Assembly: GCA_965213685.1 (NCBI GenBank)
Contig: CBDBZY010000040.1
Location: 1-39,115 of the forward strand
Direction of reading: 5' to 3'
Source of the DNA: a bacterium
GTDB taxonomy: Bacteria > UBA8248
Length of the DNA: 39,115 nt
Every line of letters begins with the position of its first letter. Position 1 is the first letter of the stretch. The notes below the pieces were generated by a model that was not told the origin of the DNA, made no database searches, and was given only the letters and a program-made list of their open reading frames with translations. The translations under genes were made by a program, and so were the position numbers. This document shows positions 8,765 to 19,096 of the stretch, piece after piece.

Positions 8765-8771
8765 GATGTGG

Positions 8772-8800
8772 TTGACCACGCGCCTGCGAGTCTATACATT
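8772..8800 (+). promoter_or_regulatory. Putative sigma70 promoter of the sdh operon
   Basis: TTGACC-17 bp-TACATT, 65 bp upstream of sdhC. Confidence 0.6.
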
Positions 8801-8865
8801 GCGAGGCCGAGTGATCGGAACGATCCATCCAATTTTGCGATTTTCTGTTTTTCGGAGATCTGTCC

Positions 8866-9543
8866 ATGGGCCGGTTCGCAAACGTCCTGCAATCATCCAT
8901 TGGCGCCAAGGTGGGCATGGCGGTTACCGGAATTCTGCTGGTCCTGTTCATCATCTCCCACCTGATCGGCAACCTCCTGATGTTCGCGGGCCCCGAGGCG
9001 ACGAACGCCTATGCGAAAGGGTTGAAGGATTTGGGTCCGTTGCTGTGGATGGCGCGCGCCGGCTTGCTGGTCGTGTTCATGGTGCACGTAGGCTCGGCCC
9101 TGCGCCTTTGGCGCCTGAACCAGGCGGCCCGCCCGCAGCAATACGCGGTGGTGGATTCCAGCGTGGTCACCTACGCGGGCCGCTCCATCGTCCTGACGGG
9201 CGCCCTCGTCCTCGCGTTCGCCCTCTATCATCTGCTTCATTTTACGCTGTTCGCCACCAACCCCGAATTCGCCCAGCTCCATGACGCGCAAGGCCGCCAT
9301 GACGTCTATCGCATGGTGATCTCCGGATTCCGGAACGTCGCGGTGTCCGGCGCGTATATCGTCTCGATGATTTTTCTCGGGCTGCACCTCAGCCACGGCG
9401 TGACGAGCCTGTTCCAGTCTCTGGGAGTGAACAGCCCGTCTTACAACCCGTTCATCAAACGGCTCGGCCCCTGGAGCGGCGTCGTCATCGCTGCCGGTTT
9501 CGCGTCGATTCCGCTGGCCGTCCTGGCGGGTCTGCTGAAATAG
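8866..9543 (+). CDS. sdhC: Succinate dehydrogenase/fumarate reductase cytochrome b subunit
   Basis: [19 protein letters not shown], several TM helices with heme-ligand His (HLLHFT, HLSHG); first gene of the CAB operon. Confidence 0.93.
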   Translation: MGRFANVLQSSIGAKVGMAVTGILLVLFIISHLIGNLLMFAGPEATNAYAKGLKDLGPLLWMARAGLLVVFMVHVGSALRLWRLNQAARPQQYAVVDSSVVTYAGRSIVLTGALVLAFALYHLLHFTLFATNPEFAQLHDAQGRHDVYRMVISGFRNVAVSGAYIVSMIFLGLHLSHGVTSLFQSLGVNSPSYNPFIKRLGPWSGVVIAAGFASIPLAVLAGLLK

Positions 9544-9569
9544 TTCTCCCCCTTGCCGAGGAGAAAGGA

Positions 9570-11496
9570 ATGCGCGCAAACGGAAGCCTGAATGGAAACG
9601 TTCCAGCGGGTCCACTGGCGGAGAAGTGGAACAACCATCGGTTTAACATGAAGCTCGTGAATCCGGCCAACAGGCGACGCTACAAGGCGATAGTGGTGGG
9701 TTCGGGGCTGGCCGGAGGCGGCGCCGCGGCCACGCTGGGCGAGCTGGGCTACAACGTGGATTGCTTTTGTTTCCAGGATAGCCCCCGGAGGGCGCACTCC
9801 ATCGCCGCGCAAGGCGGAATCAACGCCGCCAAGAATTACCAGAATGACGGGGACAGCACCTACAGGCTGTTTTACGACACCATCAAGGGCGGCGACTTCC
9901 GCTCCCGCGAGTCGAACGTATATCGCCTGGCCGAGGTGAGCGCCAACATCATCGACCAGTGCGTCGCCATGGGCGTGCCGTTCGCGCGCGAATACGGGGG
10001 GCAGCTCGCGAACCGATCCTTTGGCGGGGCGCAGGTCTCCAGAACGTTCTACGCCAGGGGACAGACGGGCCAGCAGCTTCTTCTGGGAGTCTATTCCGCC
10101 CTGAGCCGACAGATAGCGGCCGGCACGGTGAGGATGCACCCCCGCACCGAGATGCTGGAAATCGTCCTCGTCGACGGCCAGGCCAAGGGGATTATCACGA
10201 GAAATCTCGTGACCGGGGAAATCGAGAAGCACGCCGGCGATGTCGTCATCATGGCCACGGGCGGATATGGCCCGGTGTTTTACCTCTCCACGAACGCCAT
10301 GGGCAACAACGTCACCGCTCCCGTTCGGGCGTACAAGAAGGGCGCGTATTTCGCGAACCCCTGCTACACGCAGATTCACCCCACGTGCATACCCGTTTCG
10401 GGAGATCATCAATCGAAACTGACGCTGATGTCCGAATCGCTCCGGAACGACGGCCGCATCTGGGTGGCGGTGAAGGAGGGCGATCCGCGCGGGTCCCGCC
10501 GAGATACCCGAAGAGGAGCGGGATTATTATCTGGAGCGCATGTACCCGAGCTTCGGGAACCTCGCGCCGAGGGACATCGCCTCCCGCGCGGCGAAGCGGG
10601 CGTGTGACGAGGGGCGCGGAGTCGGGGACACCGGTCTTGGCGTCTATCTGGATTTCTCGGACGCCATCAAGCGTCTGGGGCTGGGCGTCATACAGCAGCG
10701 ATACGGCAACCTCTTCGACATGTATGAGAAGATCACGGGCGAGAACGCCTATCAGATGCCGATGCGCATCTACCCGGCCATCCACTACACCATGGGGGGG
10801 CTCTGGGTCGACTACAATCTGATGAGCAACGTTCCCGGCCTGTTCGTTCTGGGAGAGGCGAACTTCTCCGACCATGGAGCCAACCGCCTGGGCGCGAGCG
10901 CGCTCATGCAGGGGCTGGCCGACGGCTACTTCGTCGCGCCTTATACGGTGGGGAACTACCTGGCGAGCCAGACGCCCGGAGAGGTTTCCCCGGATTCCTC
11001 GGAGTTCACGCGCGCCGCCCAGGACGTGAAGGACAGGATCAAGAAGTTGCTCTCCGTTGACGGAAACCGCACGGTCTCCTCGTTCCATCGGGAGTTGGGC
11101 CTCATCTGCTGGGATTATTGCGGAATGGCGCGCACCGCGCAGAGTCTGGAGAAAGCCCTGGGGCTGATTCCGGCGCTTCGGGAGGAATTCTGGGAAAACG
11201 TGCGCGTGCCCGGGAGAAACGGGGAGCTCAACCCCGAACTCGAAAAGGCGCTGCGCGTGGCCGATTTTCTCGAGTTTGCGGAGCTGATGTGCTATGACGC
11301 CCTCGTGCGGGAGGAATCCTGCGGCGGACATTTTCGCGAGGAGTATCAGACCGAAGAGGGCGAAGCCCTGCGGGATGACGAGAATTTCAGCCACGTGAGC
11401 GCGTGGGAGGCGCCGGAGAACGGCGGAAGGCCGATATTGCACAAGGAAGACCTGGAATTCGAGGAAGTCCAATTCAGCGTGAGGAGTTACAAGTAA
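9570..11496 (+). CDS. sdhA: Succinate dehydrogenase/fumarate reductase flavoprotein; apparent +1 frameshift at 10491-10493
   Basis: [57 protein letters not shown]. Deleting one G gives ..[22 protein letters not shown].. joining both ORFs. Confidence 0.95.
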
Positions 11497-12245
11497 TGAA
11501 CCTCACCCTCAGGGTTTGGCGGCAGAAGGACGGGCAGGGGACGGGCAGGCTGGAAACCTATGAGGTGGAAGACGTCATTCCGGACATGTCTTTTCTGGAG
11601 ATGCTGGACGTGACGAACGAGCGCTTGATCGTCGAGGGGAAAGAACCTATCGCGTTTGATCACGATTGCCGCGAGGGAATCTGCGGGATGTGCTCCTTGG
11701 TGATCAACGGCAAGGCGCACGGGGGTTTTGCGGGCACGACCACGTGCCAGCTGCATATGCGGAAATTCCGCGACGGCGACACGATAACCATCGAGCCCTG
11801 GCGCGCGAGCGGTTTTCCGGTCATCAGGGATTTGGTGGTGGATCGCTCCTCGTTCGACCGCATCATTCAGGCGGGCGGCTTCATCTCGGCGAATACGGGA
11901 GGCGCCCCGGACGGCAACGCGCTCCCCGTCCCCAAGCCTGACGCGGATGCGGCGATGGACGCGGCCGCCTGCATCGGCTGTGGTGCCTGCGCGGCGTCCT
12001 GCCCGAACGGCTCGGCGATGCTCTTTGTGGCGGCGAAGGTGTCCCATCTCGCGCATCTGCCGCAGGGCGTGCCCGAGCGGGCGCAAAGGGTGCGCGGCAT
12101 GGTCGCCCGAATGGATGCAGAGGGTTTCGGCAACTGCACCAACCATGCGGAGTGCGAGGCGATGTGCCCGAAAGAGATCAGCGTGAGCCACATCGCCAAG
12201 ATGAACCGCGAGTTCATCCGCGCGGCGGTGAGGGGCGATTCATAA
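11496..12245 (+). CDS. sdhB: Succinate dehydrogenase/fumarate reductase iron-sulfur subunit
   Basis: [35 protein letters not shown]; TAATG overlap with sdhA. Confidence 0.95.
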   Translation: MNLTLRVWRQKDGQGTGRLETYEVEDVIPDMSFLEMLDVTNERLIVEGKEPIAFDHDCREGICGMCSLVINGKAHGGFAGTTTCQLHMRKFRDGDTITIEPWRASGFPVIRDLVVDRSSFDRIIQAGGFISANTGGAPDGNALPVPKPDADAAMDAAACIGCGACAASCPNGSAMLFVAAKVSHLAHLPQGVPERAQRVRGMVARMDAEGFGNCTNHAECEAMCPKEISVSHIAKMNREFIRAAVRGDS

Positions 12246-12358
12246 GCCATACTTTCAGCTTTCTCATTCCTGTGCCGTGAAGAGGCGACTGCGGGATGCT
12301 ATGCTTGTGGCGGTGAGCCATTCGCAAGCACGAAGCGGGAAGGAAGAGAGAGGCTGTC

Positions 12359-13717
12359 GTGGACAAGATCAGGCTCAAGGATTTTCGTTGTTTCCGTAAA
12401 GAGCAGACCGCCCGCCTGGCGCCGCTGACCCTCCTCGTAGGCGAGAACAGCACCGGCAAGACTTCTTTCTTGGCCATGATTCGGGTGCTTTGGGATATTG
12501 TATCCGAGTATCCAGTTGTTGACTTCAAGAAGGAGCCCTACGATCTGGGGAGTTTTGATGAGATAGCCCACTACCGGGGAGGACGGGGTGGGCGGGCTGA
12601 TAGCTTCGAGGCCGGGTTCGAAGCCACTCCCGGTAGAAGGGGAGTGATGGGATTACGATCGGATGTCACTTTCATAAAGATAAAGAATGGGAGTGTGCCG
12701 GTCCTGGGAACAATACGGTTTGCTCGTGAGAATGTTTGGCTCAAGATCCATCGGAAGGGAAAACATTGGGAGAAGAGTTTCGGGACGCCGAGAGGTGGTT
12801 GGAGAATTCTGGATGAAGAGAATAGGTCGTTAGAGTGGGATAATGAACCGATCTGGAGATTTTACATTTATTTTGCGTTTCGGAGGCTATCCGACGTTAA
12901 TCGAGAACCCCGAATAAAACTAACGCCATTAGAAGGTTCCGGGCCGCCCACCGACGAGGATTTGAAACTGATTGAGCAACTGGCGGAAATGGCGTCTGGA
13001 ATGGCTTTTCGCTATCCCGATGAGCGTCTTTATGCCAGCGCGCCTGTCCGCTCCAAACCACGGCGCACCTATGATCCTTCTCGCACGACGCCGGATGCCG
13101 AAGGCGACTACATCCCCATGTATCTCGCCAACTTGTGCTATCACCATCCAGAGAGATGGAACAAGCTGAAGAAAGCGCTCGAGGAATTTGGGAAACAGGC
13201 GGGCATTTTCGATGAAATCGACATCAGGCGTCTCGGGAAAAGGGATAGCGAACCTTTCCAGGTGCAGGTGCGGAAGTCTGGCCGAAGGCTGAAAGGCCCT
13301 CTGCGCAACCTGATTGACGTAGGCTATGGCGTGAGCCAGGTGTTGCCTGTGATAACGGAGTTGCTGCAAGAGAATACGGCGCGCATGTTCTTGCTGCAGC
13401 AGCCGGAGGTGCATCTTCACCCCAGCGCCCAAGCGGCGCTGGGCAGTTTATTTTGCCGGGTCGCCGGCGAGGAGCGTCAACTGATAGTCGAGACGCACAG
13501 CGACCACCTGCTCGACCGGGTGCGGATGGACGTTCGCGACGGCGAGGCGAACCTGAAGCCCGAAGACGTTTCCATTCTGTTCTTCGAGCGCGACGGCCTG
13601 GACGTATCCATTCACTCTCTTCGGCTTGATGATGAGGGAAATGTTCTGGACGCACCGGATACGTACCGAAAATTCTTCATGGAAGAGACGAGCAGATCTC
13701 TGGGTCTTTTTGAGTAA
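12359..13717 (+). CDS. ABC/AAA_21-type ATPase with DUF3696-like C-terminus
   Basis: IRLKDFRCF, Walker A GENSTGKT, signature-like DVGYGVSQVLP, Walker B region LLQQPEVHLHP, H-loop IVETHS. Confidence 0.9.
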   Translation: MDKIRLKDFRCFRKEQTARLAPLTLLVGENSTGKTSFLAMIRVLWDIVSEYPVVDFKKEPYDLGSFDEIAHYRGGRGGRADSFEAGFEATPGRRGVMGLRSDVTFIKIKNGSVPVLGTIRFARENVWLKIHRKGKHWEKSFGTPRGGWRILDEENRSLEWDNEPIWRFYIYFAFRRLSDVNREPRIKLTPLEGSGPPTDEDLKLIEQLAEMASGMAFRYPDERLYASAPVRSKPRRTYDPSRTTPDAEGDYIPMYLANLCYHHPERWNKLKKALEEFGKQAGIFDEIDIRRLGKRDSEPFQVQVRKSGRRLKGPLRNLIDVGYGVSQVLPVITELLQENTARMFLLQQPEVHLHPSAQAALGSLFCRVAGEERQLIVETHSDHLLDRVRMDVRDGEANLKPEDVSILFFERDGLDVSIHSLRLDDEGNVLDAPDTYRKFFMEETSRSLGLFE

Positions 13718-14196
13718 TGTGCGCGATTCTGGACGCCAACGTCGTAGGTGAAGTGTTCGGCAAGGTTCGTACTGCAGCCGGGAACGCATTCCTCAAGTGG
13801 CTCAACAAAGGCAAGGGACGCTTACGCTTGGTCTCTGGCGGCACGCTCCATGAGGAACTCTCCAAATCAATGCGATTTAGGGAATGGGCGCTTGAGGCGA
13901 TTCGCGGTGGAGTGATGAAACGGGAGAATGCGGATGCCGTCAACAAGAGAACAGAGGAGCTCAGGAGAGAAGGCGCATGCGCATCGGACGACCCCCATGT
14001 CCTTGCCTTGGCCCAGGTGAGTGGGGCGCGCTTGTTATACTCGAACGATAGTGCCTTGCAACGCGATTTCAAGAAGAAGAGCCTGATAGATAATCCAAGG
14101 GGAAAAGTCTATTCAACGCTCGAAAACCAGAATTTCCTGCCCAGCCATAGGCGGCTTCTTGCCAACAGGAATTTGTGTCGTCTCAGAGATAACTAG
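13717..14196 (+). CDS. PIN-domain protein (putative ribonuclease)
   Basis: ILDANV, LHEEL, SDDPHVLALA, LLYSND give the four acidic PIN positions; TAATG coupling to the ATPase. Confidence 0.82.
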   Translation: MCAILDANVVGEVFGKVRTAAGNAFLKWLNKGKGRLRLVSGGTLHEELSKSMRFREWALEAIRGGVMKRENADAVNKRTEELRREGACASDDPHVLALAQVSGARLLYSNDSALQRDFKKKSLIDNPRGKVYSTLENQNFLPSHRRLLANRNLCRLRDN

Positions 14197-14434
14197 CGTC
14201 TGCGGCTGAGGCCGCTCCGGCAAGTGGTTCCATCCTTTTTGGAAAGCGTATCTCCGAATCCTTTCCCCATCGCCTTGTTTCTAGCAAGGCAAACCCCGAT
14301 TTGCGCAAAATGACTCCCATTTTCCCTCCCCCGGAATGTCCCCTCATTCCCAAAACGCGCGGGATGTATTATGCTTGCCGCATCAAAATCCTGTGGGAGC
14401 TCAACGTCCACTACTCAGAGGGAGGGGGGAAGCC

Positions 14435-15166
14435 ATGTCCACGCAGGTAGAGATTCTGGACCGCTCGGAGATGACGGAGCAACTGAAGGGAATGGTGTCG
14501 CTGGATCCGAAGGAAACCACGATTGTCACCATCGACATGCACAGGGGGCACCTGGACCCGGACGTCGCCACGATGCCGGCGAGCCCGGAGGATTGCGAGA
14601 GCGTCATCGGCCACGCGGAGGAGCTGCTCGGTTTCGCCAGAAACCACCAGATTCCCGTCGTCCACGTGAAGCTCGTCTTCCGGAAGATTCCCGGCCTGGG
14701 GAGCGAGGGGATGAAGGTCGTCTTCTGGAAGGCGCTGCACGACATCCAGGACGAGAAGAACCGCCTCACCCTCGGGCGCAAGAGCACGGTGAACGACCAC
14801 AACATCATGGGCGAGCCGACGACGGAGATGATCTCCTCCCTGGTGGAGGAGGGCGACTACGTCATCGACAACAAAAAGCGCCTCGACTGCTTCATGGGGA
14901 CGGACCTGAAGGCGCTCCTCGATTCCCTGAACACCAAGAACGTGTGCCTGATGGGGATCAACACGAACACGTGCGTCCTGAACACGGCCTTCACCGCCTT
15001 CAACTACGACTACCGGGTGGTGATGCTCTCCGATTGCGTGGCGAGCATGTATGGGCCGGATTTGCACGTGTTCGGGATGCAGAACGTCATGCGGTGCCTC
15101 GGCTGGGTGTTCGACAACGAGGAGTTCATGGACAAGGTGGCCGAGGGGGTCGAGGGCAAAAAGTAA
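14435..15166 (+). CDS. Isochorismatase-family cysteine hydrolase
   Basis: Triad D (VTIDM), K (DNKKRL), C (GINTNTCVLNTA); GGAGG RBS. Confidence 0.9.
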   Translation: MSTQVEILDRSEMTEQLKGMVSLDPKETTIVTIDMHRGHLDPDVATMPASPEDCESVIGHAEELLGFARNHQIPVVHVKLVFRKIPGLGSEGMKVVFWKALHDIQDEKNRLTLGRKSTVNDHNIMGEPTTEMISSLVEEGDYVIDNKKRLDCFMGTDLKALLDSLNTKNVCLMGINTNTCVLNTAFTAFNYDYRVVMLSDCVASMYGPDLHVFGMQNVMRCLGWVFDNEEFMDKVAEGVEGKK

Positions 15167-15200
15167 TCCGCAACCCTTACACGAGAGAGGATGTTTCGAG

Positions 15201-15995
15201 ATGCCGAAAGTTCAGGTGGGAGACGTGGAGCTGTATTACGAAGAGTATGGAGAGGGCGTGCCCGTCGTTCTCATCCATGGCCTGGCGGGAGATTGCAGCG
15301 CGTGGAAGGCGCAGATAGAGAGCCTGGAGAAGAAGTATCGCGTGCTCGCGTTCGACAACCGGGGGGCGGGGCGGAGCTCCGCGCCCGATTATCCCTATAC
15401 GTCGAAGCATTTCGCGGACGATACCATCGGCCTCATGGACGCGGTGGGCATCACCGAGCCCGCACACGTCATCGGCCGCTCCATGGGAGGGGCGATCGCC
15501 CAGATCATGGCGCTCGACTATCCCGACCGCGTGCGCAGCCTGCTCATCACCGCCTCTTTCGGCAAGCTCGACCGCTATGGCCACCAGATTCTCTACAACA
15601 TCAACGAGGTGGTGAAATCCCAGGGCTACGGCCCGGCGGCCAAGCACCAGTCGCTCTTCTTCTTCCCGCCGCATTACTTCAACGACAACCAGGAGCAGCT
15701 GGATGTGTTCGAGGCCGGTCTCGCGAACACCGACCGCCCCGTCCGCGGGTATGTCCACTCCACCAACGCCTGCCTGACCCATGACGCACTCGACCGCCTC
15801 GGCGAGGTGCGGTGCCCGACCCTGGTGCTCGCGGGCGGGCAGGACGTCTTGTGCGCGGCGAGTGCCTCGCGGGAGATCGCGGATCGGGTGCCGGATTGCG
15901 AGATCAAGGTCTACGGGGAGGCGAGCCATTTCTTCCTCATCCAGTGCTTCGAGGAGTCCTTGAAGGACATCGAAGATTTCCTGGCGAGAAACTAG
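15201..15995 (+). CDS. Alpha/beta hydrolase (PcaD/RutD-like)
   Basis: LIHGL, FDNRGAGRS, nucleophile GRSMGG, acid GQD, His ASHF. Confidence 0.9.
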   Translation: MPKVQVGDVELYYEEYGEGVPVVLIHGLAGDCSAWKAQIESLEKKYRVLAFDNRGAGRSSAPDYPYTSKHFADDTIGLMDAVGITEPAHVIGRSMGGAIAQIMALDYPDRVRSLLITASFGKLDRYGHQILYNINEVVKSQGYGPAAKHQSLFFFPPHYFNDNQEQLDVFEAGLANTDRPVRGYVHSTNACLTHDALDRLGEVRCPTLVLAGGQDVLCAASASREIADRVPDCEIKVYGEASHFFLIQCFEESLKDIEDFLARN

Positions 15996-16048
15996 GACGC
16001 GGGGGGCGTCCTGCGCGCGCCTTGGCAGTTATCGGGAGTGTTCTTCAC

Positions 16049-17242
16049 ATGGCGAGATTCACGGATCCCATCGAAGTGCGCGGCCAGAGAATACGGCACC
16101 GGATTCTCATGTCCGCGATGACGACCTCGCGCGCGGAGGCGGACGGCGCGCCCTCCGCGTGGACGCGGGCACACTACGCGGCGCGCGCCCGGGGAGGCGC
16201 TGCGGTGTGCTTCAGCGAGGCGACATACGTCAACCAGGAGGGGAAGGGATTTCCCAACCAGCTGGGCACGCACGATGACGCGCTCGTTCCGCCCTTGGGC
16301 GAGCTGGTTCAGGCGGTGGCGGCTGCCGGCGCGCCCCTGGCGATTCAGATTTATCATGCCGGCAGAACGGCGCTGAGCGCCATCACGGGCATGCCGCCCG
16401 TGGGGCCTTCTCCCATTCCGCATCCCACCGAGGATGAGGTGCCGCGCGAACTCGGCGCGCGGGAGATACGAGACGCCGTCAAGGCCTACGGGGACGCGGC
16501 GCGGCGGGTCCGGGAGGCGGGGGGCAAGATGCTGGAGATTCACGGAGCCACCTGGTATCTGTGCCAGCAGTTTTTCTCCCCCGCCTCGAACCGCCGGACG
16601 GATGGATACGGCGGAACGCTCGAGGGGCGCATGCGCTTTCCGGTGGAAGTGGCGCGGGCGGTGCGCGAGGGTGCGGGCGACGAGATGGTCATCAGCTATC
16701 GCCTGGGCCTGCTCGAGCCTTTTGAAAACGGGTTCACGGTGGAGGACACGCTCGCCCTCGCACCCGCGCTCGTGGAGGCGGGGGTCGACGTTCTCCATTG
16801 TTCGAGAAACGCGCGCGTGGGGCTGCCCGTCGCGCCGGATTTGTACAACCCCGCGTTCGCCAGGCTGCGCGCGGCGGTGGACGTCCCCCTCATCGCGAAC
16901 GGGGCCGCCTTCGAGCCCGCGCGGATACAGGCGTATCTCGACATGGGAGCGGATTTCGTCGGCGTGGGGCGGGGGATGCTCACGGACCCGGACTACGCGA
17001 ACAAGGCGACCTCCGGGCGGGCGAGCGAGATCATCCGGTGCGTCGAGTGCAAGCCGTGCGCCTACATGGCGCACAGCCGGTGTCCGGATGAGGCGTATCC
17101 GTCGGGGATGCCGGCATCCATGCGCGAGGTGCGGGACGCCGCCTCGAGAATGGTCGGCGGCGGCTACGCGCCGACGGCGAAGAAGCGCCTGACGACGGAC
17201 GCGCCGATAGAAGAACAGCCCGAAGGCTCCTCGATCTCCTAG
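16049..17242 (+). CDS. NADH:flavin oxidoreductase (Old Yellow Enzyme family)
   Basis: HRILMSAMT, YAARARGG, QIYHAGR, EIHGATWYL, SNRRTDGYGG, GRGMLTDP; C-terminal CVECKPC..C. Confidence 0.9.
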   Translation: MARFTDPIEVRGQRIRHRILMSAMTTSRAEADGAPSAWTRAHYAARARGGAAVCFSEATYVNQEGKGFPNQLGTHDDALVPPLGELVQAVAAAGAPLAIQIYHAGRTALSAITGMPPVGPSPIPHPTEDEVPRELGAREIRDAVKAYGDAARRVREAGGKMLEIHGATWYLCQQFFSPASNRRTDGYGGTLEGRMRFPVEVARAVREGAGDEMVISYRLGLLEPFENGFTVEDTLALAPALVEAGVDVLHCSRNARVGLPVAPDLYNPAFARLRAAVDVPLIANGAAFEPARIQAYLDMGADFVGVGRGMLTDPDYANKATSGRASEIIRCVECKPCAYMAHSRCPDEAYPSGMPASMREVRDAASRMVGGGYAPTAKKRLTTDAPIEEQPEGSSIS

Positions 17243-17302
17243 TCCCTTGCCCGGACGCCCTCGCTCGTCTGCGGAGGGTGGCCGCCCCGCCCCGCGCGTC
17301 CC

Positions 17303-18037
17303 TCACGGGGAGAGGCCCGGCTCACCGAACAGCGACCCCTGGCGCCCCGGGACCTCCTCCTCCGGGCGTCTTTCGAGGCAGGCTGCGTCGTCGTTTTCCG
17401 GGCGGTTGACCCGATCTCCCACCGGGTAATACGCGAACCTGTCGGGAGGATGGGGGCGCAAGAGCGCTTGCAGGGCTTCGGGGCGGTTCTCCTGCGGATT
17501 CAGCCAGTCCGCGTACGCGCCCTCCGGCAGAATGACGGGCATGCGATGGTGCAGCGCCGCCAGCCTCTCGTTCGCCCGCGTGGTGAGAATCGCGCAGGTG
17601 TCGAGAAAGGCGCCGTCGGCCGCGCACAGGCGCTCCCAAAGACCCGCGAACGCAAAGGGCGCCCTCCCCGGCAGGTGAATGAAATAGGGCTGCTTTTTTC
17701 TGCCCTCTCCCGCCCATTCATAAAAGCCGTCCGCAGGAATGAGGCATCGCCTGTAGCGAAACGCCGCGCGGAACGCGGGCTTTTGCGCGGCCGTCTCCGA
17801 GCGCGCGTTGATCGTCCTGGCCCCGAAGCGCGGGTCTTTCGCCCAGAAGGGCACGAGTCCCCAGCGCGCGAAGGCGAGTTCGCGCGCATGCCTCTCGCCG
17901 GCGCGGACGATGGGGACGTCCGTCCCCGGCGATACGTTGTGCCTCGGCGCGAGACCCGCCCCGCCTCCCGGGCGGTTCGCGCCCAGGATTTCCTCTATGC
18001 AGGAGGTCGGGTCGGTGAGCGCAAAGCGTCCGCACAT
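17303..18037 (-). CDS. SRAP / SOS response-associated peptidase (YedK/HMCES-like abasic-site protein)
   Basis: MCGRF N-terminus, WGLVPFW, INARSET, RCLIPADGFYEW, HHRMPVIL. Confidence 0.95.
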   Translation of the reverse strand: MCGRFALTDPTSCIEEILGANRPGGGAGLAPRHNVSPGTDVPIVRAGERHARELAFARWGLVPFWAKDPRFGARTINARSETAAQKPAFRAAFRYRRCLIPADGFYEWAGEGRKKQPYFIHLPGRAPFAFAGLWERLCAADGAFLDTCAILTTRANERLAALHHRMPVILPEGAYADWLNPQENRPEALQALLRPHPPDRFAYYPVGDRVNRPENDDAACLERRPEEEVPGRQGSLFGEPGLSP

Positions 18038-18040
18038 CGG

Positions 18041-19096
18041 CTACGCGCCCCGCCAGGGGACGCCGTTCATGATCCCGACGGGCGTCTCGCCGGCCAGAAC
18101 CCGATGGATGTTGCCGAACCACAGCTCCACCTCGCGGATGATGGTTTCATCGTCGCCGCCCGCGCAGTGCGGCGTGGGAATGACGTTGGGCAGTCGCAGG
18201 AGAGGGTGCGCGTTCGGAAGCGGCTCGGGGTCAAACACGTCCAGCCCGGCGCCGCCGAGATGCCCGTCGGCGAGGGCGCGGCGCATCGCCTCCTGGTCGA
18301 TCAGCGGCCCGCGTCCGATGTTCAGTATGAACGCCCCCCGGGGGAGGGCGCGAATCTCCTCCTCCCCGACGATGCCCCGGGTCTGCTCGTTCAGACCGAC
18401 GCCGACGAGGAGTGCCTCCGCGTTTTTCAGCAACTCCTCCCGCCCCATGGGTCGGGCGCCCAACGCCGCGTCCAACGACTTCGGAAGCGGCGTTCTGTTC
18501 CAATACCGAACCTCCATGCCGAACGCGCCGGCGCGCATCGCCACGCCCCGGCCGATGTCTCCCAGCCCCAGGATGCCGAGGCGCATGCCGCGCAGGGGGG
18601 AGACCCCTTGCGTCTGCGTCCAGTTGTACGCGCTGCCATCCGCCCGCTGCGGAGACGGGGGCTTGCCGGAGCCCTCCCGCACGGAGCGCACAGCCTCTTC
18701 GAGGTTTCTCGCGAGCGCGAGCAGGAGCATGATGGCGTGATCCGCCACCGAATCCGTGATCGGCATCGGGAAGGTCACGAGCGGCACACCCGCCCGGGCG
18801 GCGCGCCCGACGTCGAGCCTCTCGAAGAAATAGCCGCCCGCCTGAATGAGTTTCAGCCGTTTCGCGCGCTCGTAAAAATCGCGGGGCAGAGCGTCATTCT
18901 CGCACAGGAAAAAATCCGCCGTCTCAACCGCCCGCATCCTCGTTTCGGGGTCCGGCTCGACGATCAGCTCTATCCTGTGCTCATCCGTCGCGCGGGCGAG
19001 GCGTTTTTTGATTTCGGGCGATACGGGCCTGCCGCGCAAGGCGCGGATGCAGGGCAACAATCGGCTGACGACGCGAACCCGGTCCACGGTCTTCAA
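18041..19096 (-). CDS. D-isomer-specific 2-hydroxyacid dehydrogenase
   Basis: GILGLGDIG, LNIGRG, GAGLDVFDPEP, TPHCAG; TTG start at 19096 overlapping the upstream stop (start uncertain). Confidence 0.88.
   Translation of the reverse strand: MKTVDRVRVVSRLLPCIRALRGRPVSPEIKKRLARATDEHRIELIVEPDPETRMRAVETADFFLCENDALPRDFYERAKRLKLIQAGGYFFERLDVGRAARAGVPLVTFPMPITDSVADHAIMLLLALARNLEEAVRSVREGSGKPPSPQRADGSAYNWTQTQGVSPLRGMRLGILGLGDIGRGVAMRAGAFGMEVRYWNRTPLPKSLDAALGARPMGREELLKNAEALLVGVGLNEQTRGIVGEEEIRALPRGAFILNIGRGPLIDQEAMRRALADGHLGGAGLDVFDPEPLPNAHPLLRLPNVIPTPHCAGGDDETIIREVELWFGNIHRVLAGETPVGIMNGVPWRGA

Noticed and set aside
5681-8779. 1032-aa minus-strand ORF and similar long shadow ORFs (17450-19171, 19582-20919, 24972-26171, 32599-34782)
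   Set aside because: Antisense or alternate frames of well-supported genes; stop-poor frames are expected at this GC content and they show no motifs
9570-11496. sdhA as a pseudogene or split gene
   Set aside because: A single extra G in a short run with all catalytic motifs intact, the same error pattern as at five other sites
14272-14309. Hairpin GCCTTG-N7-CAAGGC and palindrome TTTGCGCAAA in the PIN-hydrolase intergenic region
   Set aside because: Short single occurrences that could be a terminator or operator but cannot be supported further
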